This document shows, in pieces, positions 1 through 12,900 of a DNA stretch of 64,000 nucleotides. The DNA comes from Amoebophrya sp. A120 (taxonomy: Eukaryota; Protista; Dinoflagellata), in the NCBI GenBank assembly GCA_905178155.1, contig CAJINV010000004.1:1936391-2000390 (forward strand), given 5' to 3'. Each line of letters opens with the position of its first letter. Within the stretch, counting starts at the first letter, position 1. A program made the translations under genes and the position numbers. The notes below the pieces were generated by a model. It did not search any database, had not been told where the DNA came from, and was given only the letters and a program-made list of their open reading frames with translations.

Positions 1-227
1 TCTGGGTCTGGAAGATTTCAAGTTTGTCATGTTTGGGCGACAAGACAGAAAAGTCTATCATGCTTGTTGCGCGACAGCGCCACTTGTTTGTCACGCAACA
101 AGGCACTTTGTCATGCGGATAACGCTAGACATAGTCGACCAGAAACTTGTCATCTGCGCATCATTGTCATTCACATTCGAACATTAGCATCACAACTTTC
201 CGGATCCAGACATACTTGCATTTGATA
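1..227. mobile_element. Introner family A (left end cut by window edge)
   Basis: Starts inside the TIR (tctgggtctggaag) and ends ccagacatacttgcatttgata. Confidence 0.85.
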
Positions 228-3200
228 GTGCCGAAGAGGAGTAGTGCGGCGTCGTCGTTCCGATTACCGTGTGGTTTCCGCCATTATTGTAAAACGACGT
301 TTTCAGGGCGTTCGGGCCGCCACTCCCGGAGTTCATACCGCCGATGCTGCTGCTGTACGATCCACCACCTGCCCCATATCCTCCACCCGGATTATTGTAC
401 GCCCCTGCTCCTCCGGTCGTGGAGGTGGCTGCGTTAACATGACTGGCGTTTGTTCCGTACGGGCCGCCAACGCCTCCCCGGTTCAACAGTGCCGCGTTAC
501 TGTGGTCCACGTTCGTGTTTGACCCGAAGGCCCCGCCGCCGATGCCGCCTTGCAACGAGCTGTGCGGGTTGTAGGTGTTCTGTACCGGCGTCACCGCCTT
601 GGGCTTATCAAAAGGAAAAATCCCCCCTCCCCATATCGAAATGGAAATCTGTGATGCAGGATTTGGGTACACAAATCGGATTTGTCTCGCAGTAAGGCAT
701 CGCAGCCAGATCCTCGGCCTAGGTAGGGGCGTATAGGTCTAGTTGCTTAGCATTGCAAACGGGTGCCCCCTAGGCGCAACAGCATGCCAAATCGCTTTCA
801 TAATGGTGCGGAAGCCTCTGCATCTGTGTTCTTGCAAGACAGACGCGATTTGTGACCTCAAATCAGCAACGCAAATTTCCGGAAACATACCTTTTCGATA
901 TGGGGAGGGGGGATTTTTCCTCAGAATAGGGCTTCCGCACGCCGGCGGTGTCCAGCCCACCAACCGTCTTGTGCAGGGGGACTAGCTATCAAATGCAAAA
1001 ATGTGTGGGTCTGGAAGATTGCAGACTTGTCATGCATATTTCCCATGCCCCGCGAGGTCTGGAATGCAGGACCCAGCATGACAGATTCTGCAAGGTCTCT
1101 ATCATGCCTATCCTGTAAGTATGAGAAATTCCCGGTCATGTTGGTCAAAAAAGGACAACTTTTGGTGATCACGCAACGCAGATTTTTGTGTGACCCACAG
1201 GGCGCATCACAAATTCCACCCTCCCAGACCCAGACATTTTTGCAGTTGATACTAGCTGCACGCCGGGGTGGTACCGGCTCACGTTCAGATACCGCCGGCC
1301 GCCTTTCCCGGAGCCCGTGGACTTCCGGGTTGAGGGCCCGTTGTTGGCGTCGTTCTGGATGTCGTCCAGCAGTTGGTCGAAAAGCGAGCTGTTCTGCGTG
1401 TTGTGCAACGAGGACGCCGGGTTGTTTGCCTGCTGGCCCCCCGCCGCGTTGAAGCCCTGGGAATTGGTCGACACCCCAAACTGGCTCGTGTTCGTGGACC
1501 GCCCGTGCCCGGACCCGCGCGACTTTGCGGACAACGGATTGCTCCGTTTGGTCGTCGACATGATCGGGTGCGGATTTTGCGGTCCTCCGGGTCCTCCTCC
1601 GGGGCCGCCGTTCGAGGTGGTAGAAGCATTCAGCAAGGGGGAAAACAGATTGTTGTCTATCCTTTGTAAAAACGTCCGCACCCCAGAGTTGTCATGCAGA
1701 TTTGCACCGACAGGAACATTTGCGATGCGCATCACCATGAGAGGAATTTCTAGTCGTGTTGTGGTATTTGTAATGCTGTAACCAGGATCAGCAGACGGAT
1801 TTGTGATGCGTTTGCCCTTGCTAACCTGCACTACACTACGGACGGCAACTTGTGATGCATGAGTCCCAAAACTTCTAGGTTTGTGTTGCAAAATCCCCCA
1901 TCTTGACTATGGGGTGGGGATGTTTTTACCCAGGATATTGTCCGAGTCCCCCGTATCGGACGAAAAAAGGGATTGCTCTTCACTGTCCTAGTCCTGTAAC
2001 ACGAAGATCGCAACCGCAAACAGATTGCTTTCTGAGAAAGAAAATCTCCTAAAATGTTGCGTGCTTGTACTCACCAATGGTCGTCCTCGTCTCTCTTGCA
2101 TCTTTTTCTTTACTAGCCGCGAGACCAGGTTGTAGACATCTTTATCTTTGCTGCAGGTCTCAATGCATAATCTATCAATACAGGTTGATTTCCACGAACG
2201 AACAGTGAAGCGCTTTTCTTCTCCACCAGTGATACCCGGAGCTGCTGCTGTTGGGCGGCTTCATTCCTCCGGGCCCCCCGCCGACGCTATGCGGTCCGCC
2301 AAACACCTGCCCGGGCGTCGTGTCAGAAGGGGTGGAGGTGTAGTAGGGCTTCGCCGCGTTTGAAGAAGGGGCAGCTGCATTCTTGTTCGTCGTGCCCTGC
2401 TGCTGCTGCTGGGGCCTTCTCCTCGCGGAGGCCGGCTTCAGGTGCGGATTCATACTGCTGCTTGAACCGCCCCCGGTCGTTATCCTGAGTAAAAACGTAC
2501 CCACACCAGAGTCAGGATGGGGATTTTGCAGCAGAAACCTAGGAGTTTTGGGAGTCACGCATGACAAGTTGCAGTCCGTAGTGTAATGCAGGTTCGCAAG
2601 GCCAGCTGCATCAGAAATCCATCTGCTCATCCTGTTCACAGCATCACAAATCCCAAAGCACGATTGGAAATGGCTCTCATGGGGATGCGCGTTACAAGTC
2701 TGCCTGTCTTTGCAAATCTGCACTACAACTCTGGTGTGAGTACGTTTTTACTCAGGATAGTCGTGGTGCCGCCGCCGAGTGGGGGGCTATTGTGGGGAAA
2801 AATCCCCCCTCCCCATATCGAAAGCGGGATTTGTGTTGCTGTATTTGAGTGCACAAGCCACGTCTGTCTTGCTAGAGAGGACTGCAGACCCATATCAAGC
2901 CTGAGCAGAGATGCTTTGACTTAGGCGCTTAGCATGAGAAGCGTCCGTGATGTTGGCTCAACAGCATGACAAACCGCCTCCATAATGGGACGGAAGCTGC
3001 TGCCCTTGTCTTCTTGCAACACAAACGTGATTTGTGACCTCAAATCAGCAACACACATTTTCGAAAACCTACCTCTTCAATATGGGGAGGGGGGATTTTT
3101 CCTTGCGATAGGGGCTGTAGTTCCCCTGGTGACCGCCGCCTCCTAGTCTTGGCGTGCCCGACAGCGCGGGCAGATTGGCATTTTCGTTGTTCGCGTTCTT

Positions 3201-6200
3201 CTATGCATTGCAAACCAAAAGCATCGGGCTCGTATAATTTGCATGACAATAATTTTCCTCAGCATACAAAGTGCTGACTTATGTTGTGGAATTTGTAATG
3301 CATCATGCCTACGATAATTACTCCGAGTACGATCCTTTGGGTTTTGCAATGCATACGTTACTACTTGGCACGCTCGGCGGCTGATGGCGGTTGAGCACGT
3401 TCATATTTGCGTTTCCCCCTGCTCCGTACCCTCCCATATTATTCCCGTCTGGCGGGGCTGGCGGGTGATTCAAATTGTGTGCGAACCTATCACACGAAAA
3501 ATAAAACGTCTCTTCACTGTGATTATTATTTTTTTACTTGTAGGATCAGGATCTGCGCCGCGCATTTGAGTTTGTAGTCACACGGCATGACCAAAAAACT
3601 ATCAATCAGTATCCACTGCGTAAGGTGCTGTTTCATAGAGAAACAAGAACGCAGCTATTTTCAAAAACTTTGCGTCTTAATACATACATGCGGCTACTAC
3701 TTTCCTTTGACTATGACTTTCACTTTCTTGCATTGTAACAGAAAAAAAAACCTGCGTCTTACAGGCACACTCAATGCATCATGAGTCCGCACGCGGTGTT
3801 TCACACTCTCAGAGAAGCAATTTATTTTTCATTCTTCTTGGATAGAACTGCTGCGGGTTTTGAAACTGGTTGGCGTTCCCGAGCATGGGATTCATGGTGT
3901 TGGAGGCAGCCGTATTGTGACCACTTGCCTGCTATGAAATGCAAAAGTGTCTGGGTCTGGAAGATTCTGAGCCTCGTCATGCACGTTTTGCATGAGCCCT
4001 GATGTCTGTGATGCATGCCCTAGCATCACAGATTTTTTGAGGGCTTTTTGATGCCTATTCCGCATGACAAGTACCCCTACTACCGCGTAGCAAAAATGAC
4101 ACTCCCTTTGCTGCTCATGCAATGCAGACTTTTTTGGAGTCCAAATGTAGCATCACAAGTTGCATGCTTCCAGACCCAGACATTTTTGCACATGATACCT
4201 GCTGCGTGGGCGGTTTCAAATCCTGGGGGTTGGCTGTGAAGTACGGGTGCTGGAGAGTTTGCGTGGACGTGACGCGCCGAGCCGGGTTCCACTGGAGCGT
4301 ATGCGCTGCAAAAGTAGAATCGCAGCGGTACCAATTGCTGTAGTACAGCGTGACAGAACCGGGACTGCTGGCGTCCTTCTATCTTAAAAACTAAAACATT
4401 GACTCAGCATAACAGATTTCACTGATCGTCCGTTGAGCAAACAACACAAAATTTCGCATACACAACAATTTGTTATTGTTGTACTACTACGATACAACTT
4501 TTGTAATTCATAGAGCATTTGCTGCAACAGCTGGATGGCATCTGGCGAGGCATTCGGTATTAGGGTTTCGAGCGGCGTGGGCACAAACTGCGGAAACCGG
4601 AACCCGATCTTGCTGCTCAGCTGCCAGCCTTCCGGCCAGTCCGTCTGCCGGGGAGTACCCATCACGCTGTTTGAAGAATGGGCGGCGAATGTCTATTGTA
4701 CAGAGTGCTGCGAAAACTTCTACTTACCCCGCTCAAGTCAACAAAAAATGGTACTTAAATCAGAAGATCGTCGTCAGCCGTGGCATAGTTTCTACGTGGT
4801 CCTCCTTCTTGCAGCTTTTCAGCAAAAAATTAGAGGGAGCGATTTTTGATGCTTGCAGCAGAAGATCACATTCGATGAATGTCAAAGACTTTGACTTGAG
4901 ATTCCTTCATATAATTTACCTGCAAATTTTGTAGAGTTGATCGGACTCGGAGGAGCCGGGCAGCAGCGTATGAGAGTGCACAAGAGCTCCCTTTCCCCTC
5001 ATTTGATGTCGTACAGCATTGCAATCCCGATCTTTGCCTTGTACGACGCCTGGCCTGCATGACACGCTATTGCACCTGCCACTGCGGAACGTCACTTTTG
5101 CGCGCTTTGTGCTTGTCATGCAGAAACTACATTTCTGTTCTTGTTGATATGATCCTTCTGCTGAGGCCGCACAAATGAGAAGGCGAAGGAATTCCACACC
5201 CTCGTACAGTGGCCGCAGCATGTAGAGCTCGGCCATGATACCCCCGCACGCGTACAAATCTATCGGACTGTTGTAGGTTTGTGACCGCAGGAGCACCTCT
5301 GGGGCGCGGTACCACCTGACAAGGAGTAATCAATCCAATTATTTTCTTTGGAATTTATAGTGTACTTATTTCCATCAACCCTCGATAGGGTTTTGCTTTT
5401 CGTGCGAAGAAGAAATAGTAGAAAAATGGATGTCAATGGAGCATGCTGTTCATTCCTCGTGCACAAACGCCGATCTTCACGACCAATCTTCCAGAACAAC
5501 AATTGTATGCCAACAAAAATCCTTTTACCTAGTCGACACATAGTCCGTGAACGGTGGTCTTGATCGTATTTCCCTCGCCAGCCCAAAATCCGCGAGCTTC
5601 ACCGTCTCTCCGGTAACCAGCAAATTCTCGGGCTTCAAATCGCGATGGAAATACCTTTATTTCGGATTTTTGGATTTTATGTAGTGAGCAGTAAAGAACG
5701 CACCAATAATTTCAGCATACTGACGAGGCACATCGCCCACGAATAACAACCACTTTTTTACGAAGACGGACACAGCTACGCGTGGTCCTGGCACTGATGC
5801 TCTTTTTTTTGTTGTTCCGTTCTTGAAGCAAAAGCGTACAAGTACTTTTAGTTTCATGCAGCACCAGCATGACAAGGAAATTACAAAGCCACAACGACTA
5901 TCAGTAATCCTACGACCGTATCTTTAAACAAAAATTGTCTACCCATGCTTGTGTATGTAGCTGAGGGCGCCGAGTGTTTGGTACATAAGGTTTCGATATC
6001 CACTGCAAATAATGTGTCTCGCGGGTCTGGAACAGCGCTACTTGTACAGCGCTCCTGCAAAGAGTATCTCTATCTGTCAGTCGTGAAATTGTCGTGGTCT
6101 GTTACACTGCTCACGAGACCTGGAATGCATGGACTCACTAGCAAATTATTAAACGCAGGTTTCTTTGCGAGTGCTTGTTTGAAAAATGCTAATAATATCC

Positions 6201-8113
6201 TGTCTGACGAAGAATCGTCCCCTGTCTAGCAATGGGCAGCGTTTGCCCCTTGTGCAGCGCAGACTCGTCTCGTCGTATCATGAACCTCACTACAACGAAT
6301 CAGCTTCAGCATCAGAAATTTGCTGGATCAGTACCCCGGACGAGACTCACACTTATGCTTTGCAATGCATAATCGGATCAGGCTTTCCTTAAACCCCTTC
6401 ACCTTGTCCTTCATCATTTGGTAGAGGTTGTGCTCCATGAACTCAAAAACCTGCATCCTGTGTAAAACCGTACCCTCGCACGTAGTCAAGTAGAAGTCGG
6501 TGTGGAATCTGCTGTAGACAAATCCAGAAGTTCTTTGGGTCTATAGCGTCGTCGTGTGTAGCTACAGTTTCAAAGGCGCATGACAAATGGTGTTGTTACT
6601 CATGATCCTTGCTATGCTTAAAGCGTTCCAAATTTCCAAACGCGCCTGCGATCATGACGTAGAAAAATCCTATCATGGTAACCCCCCTTTGAGAACCGAC
6701 GTTTTGGCCTTGCAAATCTGCACGGAAAATCTAGCGCGGGTACGTGTTTACGCAGCATAACTAGGTGCAATTCGTCATTCTCCCGGATTACCTTACATTT
6801 GAAAATTTCAAGATGAAGATAGATCATGCGTCCCATCAGGAGGTGAAACAAAGAACCCATTATGTTCATACTTCATTTGAGAACTTCCATGTTGCCTTAT
6901 GCAGATCGAACCTACAGCTTCGCGGGTAATACTAAGGAAGCCCACGACGACCAGAGTCTTCATCAAGTCCTCAATCTCGTTCGCACTTCTGTCGCGAGGT
7001 CACGTCAATTTTTCTTGCTTTTTCTTAACATACGTTTCAGCACTAAAAATATCTCGTACCTCTTTCAGCTTCACAATCCCTGGGTGCACCAATTTCCTGA
7101 GCGATTTTATCTCCCGCAGGCTCATGCACTCGTCCCAGGAGTAAAATTTCTATCCTGAGTAAAAACGTCCCCACACCAGAGTCAGCCTGGGGATTTTGCA
7201 ACACAAACCTAGAAGTTGTGGGACTCACGCATCACAAGTTGCAGCCCGTAGTGTAGTGCAGGTTAGCAAGGACAAAGGCATCACAAATCCATCTGCTTAT
7301 CCTGGTTACAGCATTACAAATTCCAAAACACGACTAGAAACGCCTCTCATCGGGATGCGCATTACAAATGTTCCTGTCATTGCAAATCTGCATCACAACT
7401 CTGGGGTGGGGATGTTTTTACAAATGATAATTTCTTCTTCATCTTCTTGATGGCCACCTGCTCATTGCTCTGCTTGTTCTATCCTGATTAAAAACTTCCC
7501 CATACCAGAGTCAAGATGGGAAATCTGCTAGAGAAATCAGCCAGCTTTATTCGTTGTTTGGCATGACAAGTTTGTCCTCGACGTAGTGTGATCCTGTTTA
7601 GCTAGTTCAGAAGCATCACACATCTAGTACATCATGCTGACTATAGCATCACAAATTCCAAAACACGACTAGAAAATGCCTCTCATGGCGCTCCGCATGA
7701 GAAACTTTTTTGGCATTTAGATTTGCATGACAACTCTGGGGTGAGGATGTTTTTACTCAGAATATGTTCCGGGCCTTCATCACGCAACCGAAGGTGCCTA
7801 TGACGTTCTCAAACATCACAATCTCAAGCGCTACAATAGAATCTGGATTTTGTATTGCATGAGGTGGAGCATGACAGACTCGGACAGCATTCCACTTTCT
7901 GCAATAGAAATTTCGCCAGACTGTAGTGCGGTTTGGGACGACTCCGGAACTTGTCATGCGCAATCCGAATCCTATGAGAGTTGGCCAGAGAGATATTAAT
8001 GCACCTCTTGCATCACAGATTTCCATATTTCATTGTAACCGATTTGAGATTGTAACACCTGAGCAGGGGATAGTGCCGTCCCCCAGCATCTTGGACACCT
8101 TGTAGCGCTGCAT
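1..8113 (-). CDS. MAK/ICK-like CMGC Ser/Thr kinase, multi-exon, long low-complexity C-terminal tail running off the window start
   Basis: Reassembled exons: [14 protein letters not shown] (ATG 8113) / FGCVMKARN / [15 protein letters not shown] / [29 protein letters not shown] / [10 protein letters not shown] / [18 protein letters not shown] / [17 protein letters not shown] / [33 protein letters not shown] / [19 protein letters not shown] / [13 protein letters not shown] / GTP..DWPEG. The TDY activation loop is typical of the MAK/ICK family. Confidence 0.93.
606..928. mobile_element. Introner family B
   Basis: TIR tatcaaaaggaaaaatcccccctccccatatcgaaa / tttcgatatggggaggggggatttttcctcagaata; DR gggct. 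Confidence 0.92.
987..1251. mobile_element. Introner family A
   Basis: TIR tatcaaatgcaaaaatgtgtgggtctgg / ccagacccagacatttttgcagttgata; DR ctagc. Confidence 0.92.
1658..1937. mobile_element. Introner family C
   Basis: TIR tatcctttgtaaaaacgtccgcacccca / tggggtggggatgtttttacccaggata; DR ttgtc. Confidence 0.92.
2481..2759. mobile_element. Introner family C (opposite orientation to 1658-1937)
   Basis: TIR tatcctgagtaaaaacgtac / gtacgtttttactcaggata; DR gtcgt. Confidence 0.92.
2788..3110. mobile_element. Introner family B
   Basis: tattgtggggaaaaatcccccctcccc ... ggggaggggggatttttccttgcgata; DR ggggc. Confidence 0.9.
3202..3355. mobile_element. Introner family D (short), DR lost, reads as GT-AG
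   Basis: tatgcattgcaaaccaaaag ... ctttgggttttgcaatgcata; sense strand reads aac|gtatgc...catag|aag with frame preserved. Confidence 0.8.
3933..4197. mobile_element. Introner family A
   Basis: TAT..ATA TIR with gtctgggtctggaag core; DR cctgc. Confidence 0.92.
4969..5206. mobile_element. Decayed introner family F
   Basis: Left end tatgagagtgcacaa..cccctcatttg; DR cagcg/cagtg; removal joins kinase LRPL-LPGSSE. Confidence 0.75.
5997..6371. mobile_element. Old, decayed family A-like introner
   Basis: Ends tatccactgcaaa / tttgcaatgcata retained, interior diverged; removal joins kinase IR-NLMYQ. Confidence 0.7.
6454..6759. mobile_element. Decayed family C introner within a GT-AG intron (6451-6761)
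   Basis: catcctgtgtaaaaccgtaccc ... gggtacgtgtttacgcagcata; sense cta|gttatgc...gatgcag|gttttt joins ELHL-VFEF. Confidence 0.75.
7151..7429. mobile_element. Introner family C
   Basis: TIR present; DR atttc; removal joins KKMKKK-FYSW. Confidence 0.93.
7480..7764. mobile_element. Introner family C
   Basis: TIR present; DR tgttc; removal joins [14 protein letters not shown]. Confidence 0.93.
7799..8072. mobile_element. Introner family E
   Basis: tatgacgttctcaaacatcacaatctcaa ... ttgagattgtaacacctgagcaggggata; DR gtgcc; splits the Gly-rich loop GDGT-FG. Confidence 0.9.
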
Positions 8114-9962
8114 CTTGTTGTGTTGACCACGTCGCGCGGCGAGCACAGGAGATAAAAGGCAAAGACGAAGACGAAAGCGACGGCTGCAATTGAAGTACAC
8201 CAGCAGTCGTGAGAAGTATCTATTAGCTAGCTCTCTCAAGAACCACAAGAACCGCGGGGATGGGACCACGACGTCACAGCGAACGGATTGTGGTCACCAC
8301 TCTTCTACGAGCAGGGTCTTCACCTTACGTAGCGACGCCGGCGCGGCCTGAAGCAAAACTGTCTGCTCGCAGCAACCTCGTCCCGGTGGTCGAGAAGGTC
8401 ACAAGGTAGTCGTTGCTCGTCCCTGCTTCGCAGTAGTGGAACGTTCATCACTAGGAGGTGATTTGCTCCTTCCCTTCATTCGTCGTGCTGACATCAAGCC
8501 TTGGAGGTCCTTTTCGTCTGCATGTTGGCCGGTCGTTGATGACTACAACACGCGATATCCTCGAGTCGCCGCGTCGAGCAGGTTCTTCTTGCACTCCAGA
8601 GGACTGCAGGTACTTACTACTCCTGCCACCAGGAACTACGACGACCGGCAGTGCTCCGATTGACCTCTCGTAGAAGCCGCGCACCAGCACCGGGACGACC
8701 CAGAGCGAGTTTCCTTCGAAGCGTGAAGTGCAACAGGCCGCTGAGACAGTACGTGGTCCACCTGGTTCGCTTGCGTACTATGTGCCGTACTGAGAAGAAG
8801 AAGTACTACAGCTCCACTACCCAACGGTGCAGCAGGACGCTGGCATCAAGGCGTGCAGCTGCGTACAAGATGCTAGTACTTCGCTGCGAAAGAAGATGCA
8901 CCTAGGCGACGAGGCAGCACACCGGTCTCCACTGTGGAATCGGAAGCGCCGCAAAGTAGATTCTTTGCTGTGCAATGAATGCGGTCTCAGCCAGGAGGAG
9001 CAGGATGAAAGAGGGGCGACGTCAATTCATGTATGGTTGTGAAAAAAACCACTCAACAGCACGAAGTGGAAGTCCTGGTGGTCCTTGGAGTAAGTAGCGG
9101 CTGCGCAAAAACAAGTTCACAATAACGAGACCGCAGCGGCCACTCACCAGGCGGAGTTAAAAAAAGATGCACGACTGCTCGCAGGTCTACTCCTTGATAT
9201 CTGCGGACGTCGAGAGTTGGCGGTTATTTGCAGCTGCAGAACTCCACTTTTTTCGGCGAAAATCGTCGCGCATAAGGACACACGCGAAAGAAACACGAAA
9301 TTCTTCCCCTGAGTGTCCGCGTCTCGCTCTCAATAAAAATGGTGTCTTAGTACCGGTAAGCTTAGCGAAACGCGGCCAGTAAGTATGCTTAATAAGTACG
9401 CTCAACTCATCCTGTTTTGCGAGTTTGTCAAAAAAAAACCGCTCCGACTTTCTCGCGCATTCATCTGCCGGAGTCCTCTGCAAGAACTTTCGTTCAACTC
9501 TTCCACTTTGTTTGTCCTCCAACACGATAAAAATTCTCGCTTGATGAATAATGGTGGTTCATTGATTTTTGTCGACGAGGATGACGCTCACGAATGATCG
9601 TGCCGTTAACTACACTCTGTCTCTTGTCCAACGGGCGCATCTTCAAAGTAGTTGCTTGCAGCTACAGACATCGCTGAACATATATTGGGGAGCAGCTCGG
9701 CAAGAGGACATGGAAAGAAGAGAAATCTTGATCTTCACGATCAATCGAAGCAGCGCCCTTACTTTTTATGTCCTTCTGCCGACGGCTCCAGCGTTTTATT
9801 GCGAGAAGAAGTACAAGATCTTGAGTGAACGTGAAGAGCCTGAGGCTGCTGCGTTTACTAGTTCGTTTCTTGTTCCCACGTCCTTGAAGATGTTACACAG
9901 ACTGACCTTTCATCACGAAGATTGATCTTCGTACCGATGAATAAGTAAGTTCTCACTTCTTA

Positions 9963-12900
9963 TCACCCCCTCCAGCACCGGCACTTGTTGCATTTTTGAA
10001 AAGTCCCAACCTTCTCAAAGTCCTCTGCCTTCAGGATCAGTAGACCGGCACTTCTAATAGAAGCACAAATATCAGCCGGTGTGTTGTCGCTCCTCATCTC
10101 GTCCACCTGCAGGACCGGCGAAACTACTTCAGCCCAAACTCTTTCCAGCACCTTCTCTTCCTCAACCAAAGAGGAAAAGAAACCGGTGGCCACACCAGAA
10201 CCTCCAGCGGCCCCAGTGTTTTTACTATCGATCATTTCGCAGCTGCTTGGTCCAGCGAGATGTTGACCATCATCTGTTCTTCCGGATTGGGACTTATTGT
10301 TATTCTCCGATGTAGAAGACATTGAAGCTTTTACTCCCACCCGCAGCTCCGTCGGGAAGAGAAGCGAGGAGCTTTCGGCCCGGGAAAACCCAAATTTTCT
10401 CGTCGTGGAAGCCGATGAGCTAGCTGATTTTCCACTTTGCGAAGAAAACCCGCTTGCGTTCGACTGTGGCGATCGGGCCCCGTCGGTGTTCCGGAATTTA
10501 TTCTTCGGGATGGTCATATAATGCTGCTGCAGCTCTACTTCTCCTGTAGTGCCGTTTTTATTACTTTTTTTCGACGGGGGCGATTTACCCCCTTTTTTGG
10601 GGGTAGAAGTGGCCGCGGAAGAAGATTTCATTTTCTGTTCGTCCAGAAAGAGATCTCCGTAAAACACGTGCAGCCGTCCGTATAGCATCTCGTTTTGCCG
10701 CAAATAGTGAAGGTAAAACGAGGACTTTTCCTCCCGCTCGGTTGCAGCCGCGATCGTGGAGGAAGCCCCATTTGCGGCGACCGTAGAGGTCGTCGAATTG
10801 CTACTGCCAGTACCCCCGCCGCTCCCGTTCTTGTTACTCAGGACACCACCACCGCCAGCACCGGTGGATGGATTATTCGCAGCAGCCATAGGAGCTGAGA
10901 AAAAGTTGAAGCTAACGCATTCAGCAAAAAAACATCAACATCGCAGTCTTCACAGTTGTGCAAGTTCTGCGTCAGAGGACTCTGGAACGAAGAGTTTTTC
11001 TTGTACTACTGCAGAGACACAAGCAAAATTATGCATCAAGCGCGACTCTCTGTGCTGTCTGTGATGCATGTTTACGTGAAAAAATTGTATTGCAGAAGTG
11101 CGCAAAAGCGACTGTGATTCTGGTGTTTTTTTCTTGCATACAATCGCATTGTCAGCGTCGACTACGGGATTGATCAAAACCGAAATATCCACTGCAAAAG
11201 TTGTATCGCACGCGTTTCGAATGACAATACGCATCACAAATCTATGTTCTGAAGGTGAATTGTAACGCATTCCAAATTATGATTATGATTCCACTTAGTA
11301 CTCTGCATAGAAGTCGAGAAGATGTGAAAATTTGCGAAAAATGCATTTGTTCCGACAACGAGAACGAACTGCGGGAAGTTGTACGATACTACTTTTGCAA
11401 AGATGCATATGAAAACAGCTCCAGCAAACTCCACCAGGAATCTAGCTATGGATTGCAAATATGTCTGGGTCTGGAAGGTTGGGACTTGTAATGCGAGCTT
11501 TACATACCTAGAAAATGAATCTGTATTGCATATACCAACAAAAGTCGCAGCCTCTTTTGTACATGCAAAAAAGCAGTTTCTCATGCGGATTGCCTATGAG
11601 GAAGCGTTCTGGAAAGTTGTCATGCTTGGTTGCATTCGGAACTGTTTCCATCATCCACATTTTAGCATCACAAGTTTCCAGACCCAGACATATTTGCATT
11701 TGATACTAGCAGCAGCGTGGTCATGTGTCGCTTGTGCAGCCGTTCCTTCTCCCTCATCTCCTGTTTTATCTCGGCAGCCGTGGGTGCATATCAAATGCAA
11801 AAGTGTCTGGGTCTGGAAACTTGTGATGCTGGGTGGCGTATCATGAGGAGGCCACAAGTGCTGGCTCAGCATGACAAGCTTCTGAGCTTCTAGGTGTTGC
11901 CTATTCTGCATGACAAACTGCGTTTCTGCATGACAGAAAAATGGCGCTCTTGGGTAAGGTGCATGACAGATTTGAGAGTCATGCCAGACAAGCATGACAA
12001 ACATGCACTCTTCCAGACCCAGACATTTTTACATTTGATAGTGCAGCAGCAGATGAACCAGACCCGTTTTTCAGTTTCCCCCCGTTTTTAGAGGATGCTG
12101 TCGACGCACCATTTATTCCGTTTTTCGCGGTTTTATTTCCCATATTCTGCTGCCGGATCCGCTCGATCGTCGTCATCGGGGAAACGTTACTCGGTCGGCG
12201 CATCGACAACAACCCAGACAGCGCGGTGGCGCCCTGTTCAATCAACACGGGGGTTTTGGACGAGGACGCTGTTGTAGTCGCGCCAGAAGTGGAAGACGTA
12301 CCGTCTCTTATGCATTGCAAAAGTATCGTACTCGTACTGAAGATTGCGTTTATGCATTACAAATCTCTTTTTTAAGGCAAATCCGCATTACAAATTTAAT
12401 TTGTAATGCGAAGTGAATTTGATGTAATGCAATTTATACTAAGTAGTGCAATACTTTTGCACAGCATATTTCTCGTTGCACGACCACCTGCTACAGTTGC
12501 GATAGTACCACTCTTCGTGCCACTACCACCACCTGTAGTCGCGACCACTCCGGCGAGCGCAGCCTCGTCAAAAGTCCGCTGTCGTTCGTACCGTTTCATC
12601 GCCTGTTGCAGCGTTGCGGCGAACAGTTTGCATTCCTCCCGAGCGATGTCCTCGATCCACTGCAGGTACTCGATATACCGAAATAAACGCCCTCGTACGG
12701 AATAAGCAGCTACACACCATGTCTAGCAGGACAAACAAAATGAAACATGAATGCCAGCGCCCATAGAGAGCTGCGCCTCACCCCGTACAGCCATGAGAGG
12801 CTGGCAACGCCCGCGGCGCCTGGCCCGCCCGTTCGGTGCGGGGCAATGATGAACAGTTTGCCCCTTTTCCCGACACCTGGGTCATGCCTGCGCTTTTTTG

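Noticed and set aside
8300-9900. Gene between the kinase and the large hypothetical gene (likewise 46900-48500)
   Set aside because: Only short ORFs without motifs; cannot be told from UTR or intergenic DNA by eye.
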